From assembly GCA_050294405.1 (NCBI GenBank), contig JBNKOC010000012.1:670202-734201 (forward strand): DNA of 64,000 bases. The letters are read 5' to 3'. Source of the stretch: Fibrobacteria bacterium. Lineage in GTDB: Bacteria; Fibrobacterota; Fibrobacteria; UBA11236; JADFYW01. A program made the position numbers and the translations under genes. The notes beneath the pieces are model-generated. The model made no database searches, was not told the origin of the DNA, and worked only from the letters and a program-made list of their open reading frames with translations. Of this stretch, positions 62,969 through 64,000 are shown in pieces (within the stretch, counting starts at the first letter, position 1; each line of letters begins with the position of its first letter).

Positions 62969-63882
62969 AAACTTTGGGCAAGGCCGGGCCTTTTTTAAAA
63001 TGGGCTGGCGGCAAAGGTCAATTGCTGAAATCATTGGAACAGAACCTTCCTGAATCCGTTAAAAACGGAGAAGGTTTTAGGTATCTGGAGCCTTTTGTGG
63101 GAGGCGGCGCGCTTTTCTTTTTTCTGGCTGAAAATTTATCCCTTAAACAAGCTATGTTAATGGATAAAAATCCGGCGCTTATCAATTGCTATAAAGTTGT
63201 TCAATCAGATGTGGATCCGTTGATAAAAACTTTAGCCAAACTGGAAAAGGATTATTTGGAAAAAACCAGCGAGGAAAGAGAGAGCCTTTTTTATGAAATT
63301 CGAAAGAAGTACAACCGCATAAAATTAAAAAACAAATGGGGTAAAAAGGATGTGCTCCAATTAGCTGCCTTTTTGATTTTTCTAAATAAGACTTGTTACA
63401 ACGGATTGTATCGGGAAAATTCTCTGGGTGAGTTTAATGTTCCTTTCGGCAAGTACATAAAACCCCGAATTTGCGACCGGGAAAATTTATTATGTTGCTC
63501 GGAGGCCTTATCCAAGGCAGAGTTAAAATGCCTAGATTTTTCAGCGAGCTTTAGTCTTAGCCGCAAAAAAGATCTTGTCTATATGGATCCCCCATACCGA
63601 CCCGTAAATAAAACTTCAAGCTTTACCCAGTACTCCAAAGGCGGTTTTTCTGAGGACGACCAGAAGAAATTAGCGGGGTTGTGCACAAAGATGCATAAAA
63701 AAGGATGTTATGTACTCTTGAGTAACTCTGTTCCGGCAGGAACTAAAGAGCAAGACAATTTTTATAAACAAAATTTTAAATCAAAATACTTTTCCATTAA
63801 AAAAATAAAAGCACGTCGCGCCATAAATTCAAAAGGCTCCGCAAGGGGAGCCGTAGAAGAAGTTTTAATAAAAAATTATTAG
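62965..63882 (+). CDS. dam: Dam-family (D12 class) DNA adenine methyltransferase
   Basis: PFLKWAGGK, YLEPFVGGGA, LNKTCYNGLYRENS.G.FNVPFG, DPPY. Confidence 0.9.
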   Translation: MKTLGKAGPFLKWAGGKGQLLKSLEQNLPESVKNGEGFRYLEPFVGGGALFFFLAENLSLKQAMLMDKNPALINCYKVVQSDVDPLIKTLAKLEKDYLEKTSEERESLFYEIRKKYNRIKLKNKWGKKDVLQLAAFLIFLNKTCYNGLYRENSLGEFNVPFGKYIKPRICDRENLLCCSEALSKAELKCLDFSASFSLSRKKDLVYMDPPYRPVNKTSSFTQYSKGGFSEDDQKKLAGLCTKMHKKGCYVLLSNSVPAGTKEQDNFYKQNFKSKYFSIKKIKARRAINSKGSARGAVEEVLIKNY

Positions 63883-63889
63883 ACGGGGT

Positions 63890-64000
63890 TTAATTTTCCG
63901 AGTTCAGCATATTTTTAAGACGCTGGTATTCGGTACGCCTCATTAATATCAGTACTGGAAATTCATAACGGGTAGGATGATCCAAATCTTCATAATTATT
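63890..64000 (-). CDS. 3' end of an unidentified gene entering from the right edge
   Basis: Open minus frame ...NNYEDLDHPTRYEFPVLILMRRTEYQRLKNMLNSEN-stop, convergent with dam. Confidence 0.45.
   Translation of the reverse strand, partial: NNYEDLDHPTRYEFPVLILMRRTEYQRLKNMLNSEN

Noticed and set aside
56453..64000. Genomic island or prophage integrated at tRNA-Leu
   Set aside because: No integrase, no duplicated tRNA 3' end and no phage genes were seen downstream within the window.

Overview
A 64 kb gene-dense, AT-rich bacterial chromosomal window. The gene styles (PorV-like barrels, FlgD-Ig/CTD-like protein, bS22, large TPR and FGE-domain lipoproteins) suggest an FCB-group organism, possibly Fibrobacterota; this is an inference. 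I saw no CRISPR array, integrase, transposase or prophage. Housekeeping genes: the 3' end of flgI, recD2, a murC-like ligase, lolA, rsgA, a yfbR-like HD nucleotidase, gmhB, glnA, glnE, ilvD, tas, xth, tRNA-Leu(CAG), a nitrite/sulfite reductase and a Dam-family methylase. These are interleaved with many signalling genes. Most notable: (1) a chemoreceptor with no periplasmic sensor domain but a C-terminal tandem MshEN c-di-GMP-binding motif, next to a heme-c (CxxCH) HD-GYP phosphodiesterase and flgI; (2) a GlnE that appears domain-permuted (ACT-ACT-AT-AR) behind a sigma54-driven glnA; (3) two ~163 bp palindromic elements with different terminal inverted repeats but the same GCGTTGC..GCCTTG core placed exactly 55 bp from each end; (4) a pseudo-cyclase/Ser-Thr kinase/TM/LRR/lectin-like receptor; (5) a 2876-aa exported TPR protein; (6) a partner-switching set of two PAS-GAF-SpoIIE phosphatases and two unusual STAS proteins. 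Two small genes missing from the ORF track were found by hand: ribosomal protein bS22 (31 aa) and a 54-aa ORF.
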